This document shows positions 14,114 through 25,310 of a DNA stretch of 64,000 nucleotides, piece after piece; position 1 is the stretch's first letter; each line of letters opens with the position of its first letter. Under the pieces are notes generated by a model that worked only from the letters and a program-made list of their open reading frames with translations, searched no databases and had not been told where the DNA came from. The position numbers and the translations under genes are program-made. Source of the stretch: Takakia lepidozioides (lineage: Eukaryota; Plantae; Bryophyta); NCBI GenBank assembly GCA_030704615.1, contig CM060732.1, forward strand, positions 81,468,001 to 81,532,000, written 5' to 3'.

Positions 14114-15636
14114 ATTGTGGAAGACCGGAAAAAAGGGAAACATTGGAGGAAAAGAGATACCAAAGGGCGCGCTCCCTCACAAGAACAATCGCTGGAACTG
14201 ACACCTCCAAACAGAAGCTATCAAACTCATGGCCCTCCTTATGGGCTGCTTCCACAATCCGTCCTTTCGCTCCATGTCCTCCCCCCTTTTTCCCAGTTAC
14301 TGAACCCTCCTCTTTATCTTCATTGCCATCTAGAATGTGCAGCATACCTAGGCAGACAATGCACGGTTGGGGCATGCCCCCATAGCTGGGACCTATCAAA
14401 TTCTCTAAAGGAGTGTTGGGGTCAAAATCTGTTTCTGCTTTCTGAGCAGTTTCTGTTTCTCCAGCGATTTCTGTAGCCGCCTCAATCGACAGACTCTTGA
14501 GATGAGAGAGAAGCAGCAAGGGACTCGGTACTCTGACTGAGTAGTCGATGCTACGCTCATTAAGAAACCGGAGCATGCATCTTATGCACACCTGCATTGG
14601 CAGCAAACTTGGCATGATTAAATTATCCTCTGTTTCAAAGGTACTGCTGGAGTGAGAGTGATGCTGTCCTCACTCACCAGAAGGCGAAAGCATGACAGAC
14701 AGACAGAAAGAAACTTTGTAGAGTCCATGGAAAGCTCAGAGAGCTTGTAGCACAAAAGGAAGCATTATACAAGGCAAAAGAAGTTAGAGAGCCACCATCA
14801 CCGGTCAACCACAGAAATATAGTCATTCAGCGGGTTGAACTACACAGTTTGGGTGTTAGTTGTGATCTTGCCACATTCTTGGCTGACCACTAGCCTCACC
14901 AATATCCTGTGATAGCTTCACACATTCTTCACATGGCACCCACCAAGTCTCACACACCTCTTGTGCCAGGATGTATCCATTGAGTTCACCGGTTGATTTC
15001 CCTCCAGAACTAGAGGGAGGGTTTAGGGTTTTAATTGTAAGGTTAGTTGCTACACAGCAATTACAGTCTAAGACTAGAAAGAAAACATGGTCCAGCATAA
15101 GCAATAGACAAGCTAGCACAGGCTGTTAAACCCTCGACTTAGAAGTGGCAGATGGCTTTTTGAACTGTGGAACATTCAGACTTCACAAAGGCTTCGAGGC
15201 TGATCATGTAACTCCGGAGGCCCAAGAGACAAGTCAACTAAAGGGAAGAAATCAGCAGGAGGTCGAAGGCCTCAATGAGAACTAGACGTTTAGTTGAATC
15301 GTCTCCACACTAAACCCTACAATCAAAATTCTGAACCTTCCCTCTAGCTCTGGAGAGGTCGTGGTGCTTGGGACTCTCAGTTCTTTGTGCCATGTAGAGT
15401 ATGTTCAACTAATCACAGGACCATCTTCTTGAAGCTGTTGGCATGTGAAGATTTCAACTACGTACCAAGCAACCGATCACAAAGCACAAGGAAACACACT
15501 TTGACGCCCCACATGAAATTGATAAGGAGAGTTTCAAAGAGTTTAAAACGAAAAGGAGACGCACCCCATGTGAAAGTAGGTCGGAGACCACATCAGAGGG
15601 CAGCGATGGCAGCAGCAAACGCAAGGCTTCGTTCAT
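6783..15636 (-). CDS. PUS10: tRNA pseudouridine synthase Pus10, multi-exon
   Basis: Exons in order: MNEALRLLLPSLPSDVVSDLLSHG; VCIRCMLRF...ALW; IVSLKEAIKWSL; PVYVGGRYLK; YKFHAAGREDIDV; RMLGPGRPFILEISNAR; REGEAEKQ; KEYAAVVW; EIQQKTPIRVLHRRSPLIRPRTIHW; HYFLLFLCTQ; AGTYIKEFVHGDLGRTFP; ILQLDVMDVKMDFL*. These include the Pus10 catalytic GREDxDVR and AGTYIKEFVHGD motifs. Confidence 0.95.
7740..8180 (+). mobile_element. 5'-truncated LINE (RTE-like) 3' fragment in a PUS10 intron
   Basis: Degenerate C-terminal zinc-knuckle region FRVGSYNLRVETGRW...DRLCPAC, then a 3' UTR ending in ATTTC repeats. The same 3' end recurs near 7260, 11485, 11900, 12070, 14710, 39835 and 60640. Confidence 0.7.
11485..12190 (-). 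mobile_element. Three stacked 3' fragments of the same RTE-like LINE in a PUS10 intron
   Basis: Three copies of gaaatg...cagaaagctcaaagagcttatgggacaa at about 11485, 11900 and 12070. The first extends into the reverse complement of the 7740-8180 zinc-knuckle region. Confidence 0.7.
13185..14070 (-). mobile_element. Two fragments of a second LINE family in PUS10 intron 2
   Basis: RT-thumb-like HIQKVIQSAKHKALGL...NVIRPALEYASAVW and C-terminal KFKLRAGSLPLN...CPLCGQPEDNVHFVIHCP. The 3' end is duplicated (about 13185-13345 vs 13610-13800). Nearly identical to 63500-63600. Confidence 0.75.
14076..14112. repeat. (GA)n microsatellite
   Basis: Perfect GA dinucleotide run directly beside the LINE truncation point. 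Confidence 0.95.
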
Positions 15637-16101
15637 GGTGCCTGCGGCGCACATCCGGAAGCTGGGAAGAGAGAAGGCAAATTCTGAAAATCAAGCAACG
15701 GAGTTAAACTATGCATGCGTGCTTCAAGGTGCTTGCAGGAAGATTGCCCGAGCACCCTCTCCCCATGGTGTAGGCCAGATGACAGGGATGAAGTTGTGAA
15801 CGGATGTCTTTGGAGGCAAAACAAGTCCGACAGGGCCACCTCAATTGAGAGGTGAAATTTCTGTTTGACGTGGGTTTCAGATGAATTCAGAAGGGGTCTG
15901 TTGCTTACAATCTTATCGTATCGGTATGTTTTGCATTTCAGTAGCAAAATCGTTTCGTCCGTGAGTTCAGTATACAATCATGATTGATATGGTAAGCAGG
16001 TGATAGCCAAATCACATCTTTGGAGCCTGGAGGTTTTCAAGGGTTGAATCGTGAGAACGGCATAGAGAGAGAAGCGGTTTCTCTTCTGTTGACAGTCCCT
16101 G

Positions 16102-16497
16102 TTGAAGTATGGCATTTGGGTTAAAGCAGAAAAGTTGCCAAACGTCTTCTTGGACAGATGCACTTTCCAATGCACTGTCTGTGTGAAAAGACTTGAAGGT
16201 TACAAGGAGGCAGATGAAATATTTTTGCGCTCTCTTGAGCCCCTGAAAGAGATTACATGCGCCATATGCCTGAATGTTCTGGAAGATGCAGTGATGGCAA
16301 GTTCAGGCCACTCATATTGCCGACAGTGTATTGAGAGCTGGTTTGCTGCTGGTAACAAGACGTGCCCCCAAAGCCGGGCTGTGGTTTCTTCCAAGCTTTT
16401 TGAGAATATTGCACGACACCGGCTTGGATATGGATCTGACATCATCTGTCGCAGTGGGAAAAGTTATGGAGATTTCGATCTACATTTCAGTTGTTGA
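16102..16497 (+). pseudogene. RING/U-box-like E3 ligase domain fragment, probably a pseudogene or orphan exon
   Basis: ITCAICLNVLEDAVMASSGHSYCRQCIESWFAAGNKTCPQSRAVVSSKLFENIA. There is no in-frame ATG before the domain and there are stops upstream. Confidence 0.6.
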
Positions 16498-17619
16498 AAC
16501 TTGAAACCTTCCAGACGTGAGCGAAAAGAGACCTGACCTTCGGGTTCCCGTAGAACGTGGAGTTGAGGAAGCATCATCGCTAAGTAGATCTGATGAGTTC
16601 AGTGCTTGCTCCCTCCACTAATCAGTGTACGTGGCTGTCTTGCTGCATGACTCCAGCGTCTAATGGCAAGCGTCCATAAGATGAAGTGCTCCTGGATGGT
16701 ACCCTCGAAGTAATGTAGTAACGGAATTTCCAAAATCATGATTCAGCGCACTGCATTTGTTTCAACTGTGTTTGCTTCTTCTCAGAACTATACGACGAGT
16801 TGAAGAATCGTAGGTAGAAAGACTCACCAACCTCAATTGATATTTAGTTTTGGTATTGCCGATTCATGAGTTTAGTTGAAAGCCTCCAGCAAACGGTAAA
16901 CCTTCCTTACAAGCTGACACGAGAAGATTAGTGGAGAGGGTTTTAGTTATTTGTCAAACGGCAGGGGATTCGGGAGTGCCGACCACAGCCTGCTTACGGA
17001 ACTGCGGAAGATGGACTGCCTGAGCATATATACACTAATACTGTTGAAGACTTGCCCTCTTCTAGACCGGGTAACCTTGTTCACCCTGGTATTAAAAGTA
17101 GCATGCCACTGTTGCTTGAACTTTCTTCCTCACATGAAAGGACTACTTCGAGCAGTAATCCCACGACATACACTCATGCGCCTTACATGTGTCTACCCTT
17201 TATGCAGTAAAAGTTCGATTGCCAGTACTGCCAAGGTCCCTTGTCCTCTCTCTAGTTCTTTCCACCATCCGATCTCCCAATCCTATTGAGAAAAGAAAAA
17301 TGTACACTACTGCTATTTATGCCATTCGTAGACCTCATTTGACACGAGTTTTCAAAAGGTTCAGAGCGCCCGTCATGGAGCTGGCTCCCCTAACAGTGGT
17401 TCAATCCTGCAACTGTATCCCTGAGAAGAGAATGCTCGGTCCAGAGTTACACTTTGGCTGAATGGAACTCTCGTAGCTTTCCTTCTCACTACTATATACT
17501 TCGTTTCAGCCCAGAACAGTAGACGTTACGCTTCTTGGCAGCGTCGTCAGGCATGATACACAAACTGGAATTGTGGCCGACGAGTATTGCTAATAGCTAG
17601 TTCCGAGATTCTCTTTGCC

Positions 17620-18822
17620 CTACAAGATTGCATGCAAATTGGGTCGGAATGGAAATTCCACATGCTTTCCTAGATTGGAGGCAATGAGAGGACAGGGAGG
17701 CAGCCATAGCCACTCGCCTTGACTTGTCTCATACACCGCAACCACCATCTCCTTGAAGGGTGTAGTGCCTGTCACACACACCCGGTTACCAGATGCCACA
17801 CAGCTTCCGACGTAAGCGAAAGTCAAGAAGATCTCTTGCGGCATTCTCATCCGTAAGGCCCACTGTTTACTTACGAGATCCAGTTCAAAGAAGCCAAAGC
17901 TAGGAGTGCCGTCCTTTCCCGTATGATTGATCATCATCAGCAATCGCCCTTCACATTCGAACAGGAATGGGACACCTTGGATACCTTTAGGGAGGCAGTG
18001 AGGAACCTCGCTCCATACATCTCCCTCGATATCGTAGGCAATCAATACATTGTACAAGTATGACATGGGTCTGCTTGCCAGGTGATAGCAGAATCCGTTG
18101 CAATAAGCACCTAATGGAGAGGGAAGGTACAGCGACGGTAGAAACTTTCCTCCGTTCTTCCATGTCCCCAATGTTGAGTCGTACACCTCGGTGATCTGGT
18201 AAGCTTCGTCAGCAACTTCGTACTTTTGATTCCCAGCCAGGATTATCTTGTATGATTTGGATGCTTCATCTGCGAATATATGCCTCACAGCAGGCTCCCG
18301 CCAGTCGTGGGTCAGAGGAGGCAGGTCAATCCAATGCGTCGTAATTGGGTTACAAACAGACACGACACTCGTAGTGGGAGACTCTTCCAAAGCCCACAGG
18401 CACAAGAGCCCTCCGGCTGCCCCAATTAACCGATGCTTGCCAGGCGGCGATGTAAATCGGCTCGGAAGGGGTGGCATTGCCTGCCACTTGCATCGATCAA
18501 AATCGTAAACTGCCCACCAAAATCCTTCTTGATGTCTTCGATCATTGACATAGCACACAGCAGGGTATGGATGCAAGCCAGGGGAAGCTGACATCGCAGA
18601 ACAGGTCTTCAGAAATTCAGGTTGAGAGATAAGAGATCGCCATCTCTTACAAACGCAGCGGAACCGAAACAAATAGGGGAACGACAAGCGGGCCAGAATT
18701 CTATCCAGCACTTCCAGAGGCAGCCCTCCCCACAGAGACTCATCCATCTGCGCTGTGTCTGCCTGCATCCTGTGACTAAACTGCACTGACCTCCCTCTTC
18801 TGTCCTCGCCATCCCCTAGCAT
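17620..18822 (-). CDS. F-box protein with a kelch-like/FBA beta-propeller C-terminus, intronless CDS, 400 aa
   Basis: F-box LWGGLPLEVLDRILARLSFPYLFRFRCVCKRWRSLI. Propeller motifs AAGGLLC, VCNPITTHWIDLPP, YKIILAG, TEVYDS...W, YDIEGDVWSEV, and terminal FPFRPNL. Confidence 0.92.
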   Translation of the reverse strand: MLGDGEDRRGRSVQFSHRMQADTAQMDESLWGGLPLEVLDRILARLSFPYLFRFRCVCKRWRSLISQPEFLKTCSAMSASPGLHPYPAVCYVNDRRHQEGFWWAVYDFDRCKWQAMPPLPSRFTSPPGKHRLIGAAGGLLCLWALEESPTTSVVSVCNPITTHWIDLPPLTHDWREPAVRHIFADEASKSYKIILAGNQKYEVADEAYQITEVYDSTLGTWKNGGKFLPSLYLPSPLGAYCNGFCYHLASRPMSYLYNVLIAYDIEGDVWSEVPHCLPKGIQGVPFLFECEGRLLMMINHTGKDGTPSFGFFELDLVSKQWALRMRMPQEIFLTFAYVGSCVASGNRVCVTGTTPFKEMVVAVYETSQGEWLWLPPCPLIASNLGKHVEFPFRPNLHAIL

Positions 18823-19794
18823 GTCCCTCCGAAGATGGATGCAGAAGCTACAAAAAACAGGTGCAGACAGAGAGCAGAGAAAGAGAGGAGATAGATATGT
18901 AGATATGGAGACGAGCCTGCGAGTAGAATAAGATTACTGATCTAAACCATCATAACCCACCTGTATCCTACTGAAAGACACAAGACTCGGACCTTCTGTC
19001 GGACTCTCCTTGCTCAATATGGTGCTCATGGGGATCCCGCAAACTAAAAACGCCAATGTTTGGCTGTCTCTCCCGCGTTACTACCAATAGACTCAGCACA
19101 ACAGAACAAGAGCTTAAAGCCAGAGGTTTTATGTATCCCCCGTGATGGACTCACTAATTCTCGTCCCCCTCCCCAACCCTCCTCCTTCCTTCTTCCAGCT
19201 GTATCCACAGGGCTGGATATGTAGCCAAAAACATATCTGGAGTTCCTTCAGCACACAAAGATGACTCTTTTCCGAGACGAATTGCGGCATTCACATCTCT
19301 CACTGCCTCCTACTTGCACCTCGGGCCCCCTGAATCTACTAACTTTACACAAGAAAGAAGCACACAGTCCTACACTGGCATGCACGACAAGAAAAACTCG
19401 CCTACAATCCTGGCTCCTTTCTCTCGCTCATCACCATCCCTCGCACTCTAAAAACACCCCATCGACAGGGAGCGCCATGACAAGCCGCACAGGCTAGCCC
19501 GCATGCACAGCCGACAGCGATAGCGAATCTTTCAGTATAGCAAAACCCCCAACAACAAATCACTCCTGCGAGACACTGCCCCCAATCCTCACTCTGCACG
19601 AGGCATCCATCGCGACCTGCTTGCCATGTGTTCGAGCACGCTCTCCGACCTCCCTCCCTCTCTCTTCGCACTACCTACCTACTTCCTAACTACCTACACT
19701 TTCTTCTAATACTTTTTACTACCTGCACTTTTTTCGGTCCGATGCTGTCGGCTGCCCGCGCGTTTCACGCGGGCAGCATGGCTGACAGGGTTCT

Positions 19795-19895
19795 GTACTC
19801 TGTACATCACGGCTAATCTCGACCGCCAGTGTGTCAATCCACGGCTCAAATCGCGTAGGTGGGGTGGACCGTATGTCCTGTACATCGTACAGTAC
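19795..19895. promoter_or_regulatory. Cluster of five GTAC cores (candidate SBP/SPL or copper-response elements) upstream of the F-box gene
   Basis: GTAC at 19795, 19802, 19880, 19887 and 19892, about 1 kb upstream of the F-box ATG. Confidence 0.35.
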
Positions 19896-22800
19896 CTCAT
19901 AAGTCTTATGATGGGCGGTTAAGTTTCGCCATTAATAAATAATTAAATATACTCTTCTTACAGTATAATAATAATAATAATAATATATTATTATTATTAT
20001 TATTATTATGTCCCAACGGCAACCCCCAAGCAACTTACTTTTAGTTATTTCTCAACAAACAGAGGTCAACCTCACGTTCTTTTTTTTTTGTTTGAGTCCT
20101 GAGGTGAGTCGATTTTATGGATAAAAAAGGGGATAAATATAATAAGGACGGCACGTTTTCTTCATTTCAGTACAGATTTATTATTATTAGGAAGTGATTT
20201 TATTTGAAGGGTTTTTGCATATTTGCTATATTTTTAATCTTAAAAAGAAGAATTATGTCGTCTGTCCCTCTTGCCAAAATAAAAAAACAAAAGGAAAAAA
20301 ATAAAAAGGGGGCGGTGCTGGGTATTTGCTTTTTATTAATCTCTTTGGGAAAGGGGGCGGTCCCCTTGTTTCGGATTATTTGGAGGAAAAATTCCAAATC
20401 AGGTTGAGTGTGGGACCCAAATAGCACATTTTGTCTTAATGTTGTTTTTAATTTGTTTTCTTTTAAATTTTTCTTGTTGTTTTTTTTCTGGTTTTAAGCA
20501 GAATATCCCAGAGAAATGATTAGTTACATGGAGCAGCATGATGGGAGCGCATGCGAGAATTAATTGAATCCCCTCATGAGAATATATTAATGCCCAATAT
20601 TTGGCTCATGCGAACTTAGATCTTCACATGCGTTCACATCGGAAAGAGATTGTTTAAGCAACTGCCAGCTGGGCCTACTAATGACAAGTTGTCCGAGATG
20701 GATGACCGTGGCTCTCTAGTGGATGAACAGGAATCTACAGCTCGTGTCACAAAATTAGGCTGATTTTCTGGGAATCTGGCGAAATTTTGGGCGGAACGGA
20801 GGCGTGCGGCAAATGTGCGGAGTAGTGAGTGTGGCGAAACCCATGTGTCAGTCGGGCAGGCGATGGCTGTGTTGGCCCACGTGATCGCCTTCACGCGTGC
20901 CAGTCCCCATCGTACTCTGTTCTCTGTCGCACTATGGATGTACGCTGTACGTTCCTCACGTAAGTGGATCCACTGAGGATGGATGTGTAGTGCATGTCCA
21001 ACCTAAGCGGATGGATGAAGGATGTCCATCTCCGTATAACATAATCTAGATATGTATAGTGTGGGATTCAAAGCGTTTCGTGATTTTACAAACTCAGAGA
21101 GGGTTTACAGAAGGTACATGTTCCTCACTGATCTCTCTGCAGAAATTTCAAACTAGCGCAAGCTTGGGAGGGAGGGAGTGTGGGCCGATCTCTAGATTAC
21201 ATAGGCTTTTGTGAATGCTGGGAGAGATGAGGAGGCCACCTTCGAATGTATTTGAGCAACACGGAGTTCTCGTGAATGCAGGAGCTAGTATAAGATGTTG
21301 CAACAGAAAGTCATGAGCACTGGTCTGAATTTTGAGCTGCTAAGACAGCGCTGGTCAATACCTGGATACAACAGGTGTTTTCTTCTGCGTTGTGTAGAGT
21401 CTGGTGAATGAGTATATGAAAAAAACTATGTTACGGGGCTGATTGATCCGCTGCTAGAGCTCTGCACATGATGTTTATGATCGGTCCACATGTATGTGCC
21501 TTTTCAGATGATCCGTGCAATGTTTTTTTGCAAGATGTTTGTGTCTGCGCTGCAATTTCAGCTTTTTATGACCCTGTGCAGGAGCCTGATCCGGGAGGCT
21601 TGGTATAGTCGAGTGTGTGGTCAACATTGTGCCCATGCCCTTTTCGCCATTCGCAAGGTCTTCCTTGAATCTACAAACAGTTTGCCCTGTCGGAGAAGGA
21701 GGTTACATTCCTCCTTCAAAAGTTTTAACAGTAAATTCTCCTCCTCGTTTTGAAAGCCCCACTCCATACTTGTTGGACTTTAGTATCGAGCCTCTGCAAA
21801 GACGGTGGACCCATTTCTCCACTGCCTCTGTGCAATCATCTCCTAAGCATGCCTTTCTACATTTGATCAACTCTAGATTTGCGGCTGCATAGCATCTCTC
21901 CAAGTACACTTCAAATAGCTGCCCGGCCGGTCTACTGATCGATCACACCTTGCAACAAGTCTTCAATTCTGTTATGCCGATAAGCCCGGCGGTCAGGATC
22001 GTTAGCCCAGTCAGGGTCGTTTGGATTGTCGGTCTCTCCTCCTGCTGGAACATCATTACATGTGAAGACAAGCTCCCTCTCAAGATCATCACTAGCAGCT
22101 TGATCTGCCTTTCCAAACCTTCTGTTGCTCAGTCCTGCTGGCTTCAAGTACCTGTGATCGATTGTCATTCCTGGCCGGTCTCAAAATAGGCGAGATCTCG
22201 TCAATCAGTGACCTTTGATTTACCGAGGAACGATCAGGCGGGCGCTAGATATCACGATCGGGTTCAAAATTATGGGATGTACAGTTTACCTCGTAATCTC
22301 TAGATCACCGAATTTTTTACCTCGCGGGTCTCCGAAGCTACCTATATGGCGTTCTCAAGGGATGTTCGAAATACTTAAGAAGCTAGCTAGTGTACAAGAA
22401 TTCAAAGTTTTTCTTGATGAAAGAGTCACTTACACTTACTTGGAACAAATATATATAGCTCTCGAGTAACATGTGCAACTCTCTCCTGGGCACTCTTTCG
22501 AACGTTAAATTCTTGTGAAAAACTTGTGAAGTTTTGAAATCGGTCATCCGAGGCTCTCTATCTGAACTTAGTTATTCCTAAATCCGATTGCATTGATTGG
22601 TAGTTATAGAGAAAGAGAAAAAGGAAGAAGATGCCTGCCAGAGCTACTGTAATTAATAAGAACTTCCTGCTTTGTGATGTGGGTAAAGTCGTCTTTTGCT
22701 GTAACGGTTCCTCAGTGCCACTAGAATCCATGTTTCATCGTTCCCATATAGATCCACTGACATGCTCGATGTTGCACTAAATCCTTAGGCCAATTGGCCA

Positions 22801-23977
22801 ATTCGAAGTCTTGCCCACCAAGACCCTAGTGCGCTCTGGCCACCCTGTTGATCAGGACTCCCTCTATGATCATCCAGTAAGACCGTTTCTCCTTCTTGTC
22901 CCCTCAACCTCCAAAGGGTGCGAGATCAATAGTTGTCACCATTCCCAACGGTGGTGTCTCTTAGAAAAAAACCTCTGGAGGATCGATTCGCGGGTACGTG
23001 ATCCGCGTGCTTAATTAGGTCCATGACATTGTCTGTTACACTTGACATTGCAGACTGTGGCTGGAGTGACCAACATTTGAATGTTACATACTATTGAAGT
23101 TCATGACATTGTATCGATGTGTGATCCATCCATTTCGGTGTGAAAAAGTCTTGTAGATTCGCAACTATTTATCTGGCACTCGTGATTGATTCTGAAGCTA
23201 TCTAAAAACTGGAACTCTGAGTTCCATTTACTGTTTTCCTAAACTTTTGTACCTACCTGCCTCTTCATGTTGGAATATGTTACGAGTCTTTTAATATCCC
23301 CTAACGCTTCGTTTGCTCTTTGTGCCTCTTCATTTCTCTTTGGCACCCAGTCTTTGAGAAGACCCGTGCATATATACATGTGTGTATAGATAAATTAGGA
23401 GTACAGCAGATCGAGAGAGTCAAATTTATGAAGAGCTCTGGGTGGGCAATCATACAGTGATTTGAGAGAAAAAGGGTGAGATCTACACTCAGATAGTTTT
23501 GCCCTGCTCTTGAAGCGTTTGTTAAATCCTCTACAGATTGGACCTCTTTTTTCAGAGCACGTTGGCCTGTTGTAAACATGAATGAATCTGTTCATTCTAG
23601 ATGCAGATCGAGGGAGTCGTGAAGCTGGGGTGTGGGCAATCATCTGAGAGGGCCAGATTACACCAGTGAACGAGGGCAAACATCTCAAATAATTGTGTGT
23701 GTGAGAGAGACTGATCGAGGAGGGCAATCATCTGAGAGGTACATAACAGTGAAAGAGGGCAAAAACCTCACAATCCTGTGTGTGTGAGAGACTGAGGAGG
23801 GCAATCATTTGAGAGACACATACCAGTGAAAGAGGGCATGTGTGTGAGAGTACCGCAAGTGAGAAGTCAAGGGATAGGTACCTGTGTAGTCTACGCTAAA
23901 TAGGACTTCCCCGAGCTAGAGCTGGTTTTGGTCATTGTAAAGAACAGCACCAAGGCTGACTTCTCCCAGTAGAAAGA

Positions 23978-24538
23978 ATGGCTGGAAAGAAACCATGTTC
24001 CTTTCCACCATGTATGAACCAATGTCAGAAAGTGGTTCCAAGGCCGGGAGGGCTACTGACACTTCAACCGAAGGTGGACAACTGCAAAGCATGTACTGAG
24101 CTGCCTGACTGGCAGTTTCACTATGAGTTGCGTGTGATCAAGCAAAGTGATATGAAAGCGTATCGTCAATGTAGGTTACAGAGGTGGTTATATCACCTTG
24201 TGCAAAGAATGCCCGGGGAGCATTTTGGCCACTACATTGGAAGATGTCATGCCCTGGCAGATTATGAGCTTAACAATACAATGAATAAGGAGTGTGTTGG
24301 AGATGAGTATCCGCATTACCTTGACAAATATGTTTGGCGACTTTGGAATGGCGCACATCTCAATCTCAAAAAACATGGAGTGCATCTGTGCCAGAGCGAG
24401 GACCAGTTGATGTTGCAACTTTTGAGGGAAGAATGCAATGAGCTGTTTGAACACAGGGAGATTGTTCCAGATCCACTAAGAGGGAGAGCCGGTTCCAAAT
24501 CTGCCTGGGTACATCCGTCATCTAGTAGAAGAAGATGA
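23978..24538 (+). CDS. Orphan 186-aa Cys/His-rich ORF of unknown function, possibly a pseudogene
   Basis: ATG-initiated ORF with protein-like composition. Interrupted protein-like frames continue to about 24970. No family recognised. Confidence 0.3.
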   Translation: MAGKKPCSFPPCMNQCQKVVPRPGGLLTLQPKVDNCKACTELPDWQFHYELRVIKQSDMKAYRQCRLQRWLYHLVQRMPGEHFGHYIGRCHALADYELNNTMNKECVGDEYPHYLDKYVWRLWNGAHLNLKKHGVHLCQSEDQLMLQLLREECNELFEHREIVPDPLRGRAGSKSAWVHPSSSRRR

Positions 24539-25310
24539 GAACAATTGCGTGCAGGCCTTCAGTTTTCAGATGTACGTGAACTCGCACCATGTAGATTGAA
24601 GACAGATCTAGATCCGCCGAGTCACATTCTACGAGTATCCAATGCAGATCATCTTCAAAGATGTGATTACTCTGGTTCGAGTAGGAACTCTTAACGATTT
24701 TACAGTTTCCAGAGAAACCAAATACGTATCCTGCCCATTTCCTCCGACTTTTGGCCAGAATACATAAGGGACTGCAGGTACCATGCTCAAAACCACACAG
24801 CCCAGTACAGTTGGGGCAGTTTCCATCAACCAAGATTTGAAGGGCTTGTCGTTCAAAAGAACTGGGTCGATTGAAGGTCCTGAATACTTTTCGACTGCAC
24901 TCTATGAAAAATTTGGCACTCTTGTGGGTGCATGCTTCAGAGGGACTGGAAGTACCGGTACCTTGGGCTGAGTAGAGTAGCACGCCGTTATGAGAATGGC
25001 GCTGCTTGGATTCCATTCTCTTCTCTCTCTTTCTCCCTCGCCCTTCTGTATTTGTGAATTGGGATAGCCATGGCACTTACATTAGCTGTTTGGTCAGCCA
25101 TGAAACAGAAGTTCCCTCACACAAACTGAATGTTGATGAATATACCAATATTTCTCTCCTGCGAGACGGCAAGGTGAGTCTCGAGTACCTGTGCAGGGTT
25201 GCATGCCTGTCCCCCGCATGGTCTCCAGAAGGCATGGGGTTCTGCTCTTCTGAACTGTCTATCCATTCTTCGGACTGTATTCACTTCCCAATTTAGTTTT
25301 CTCTCTCACC

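Noticed and set aside
13947-14615. 222-aa ORF as a single protein
   Set aside because: It is PUS10 exon 2 reading through its donor (14161) into a (CT)n tract and a LINE fragment.
23630-23850. Imperfect ~80-bp tandem repeat; similar short duplications at about 41365-41565 and 48820-48900
   Set aside because: Ordinary local duplications with no evidence of function.
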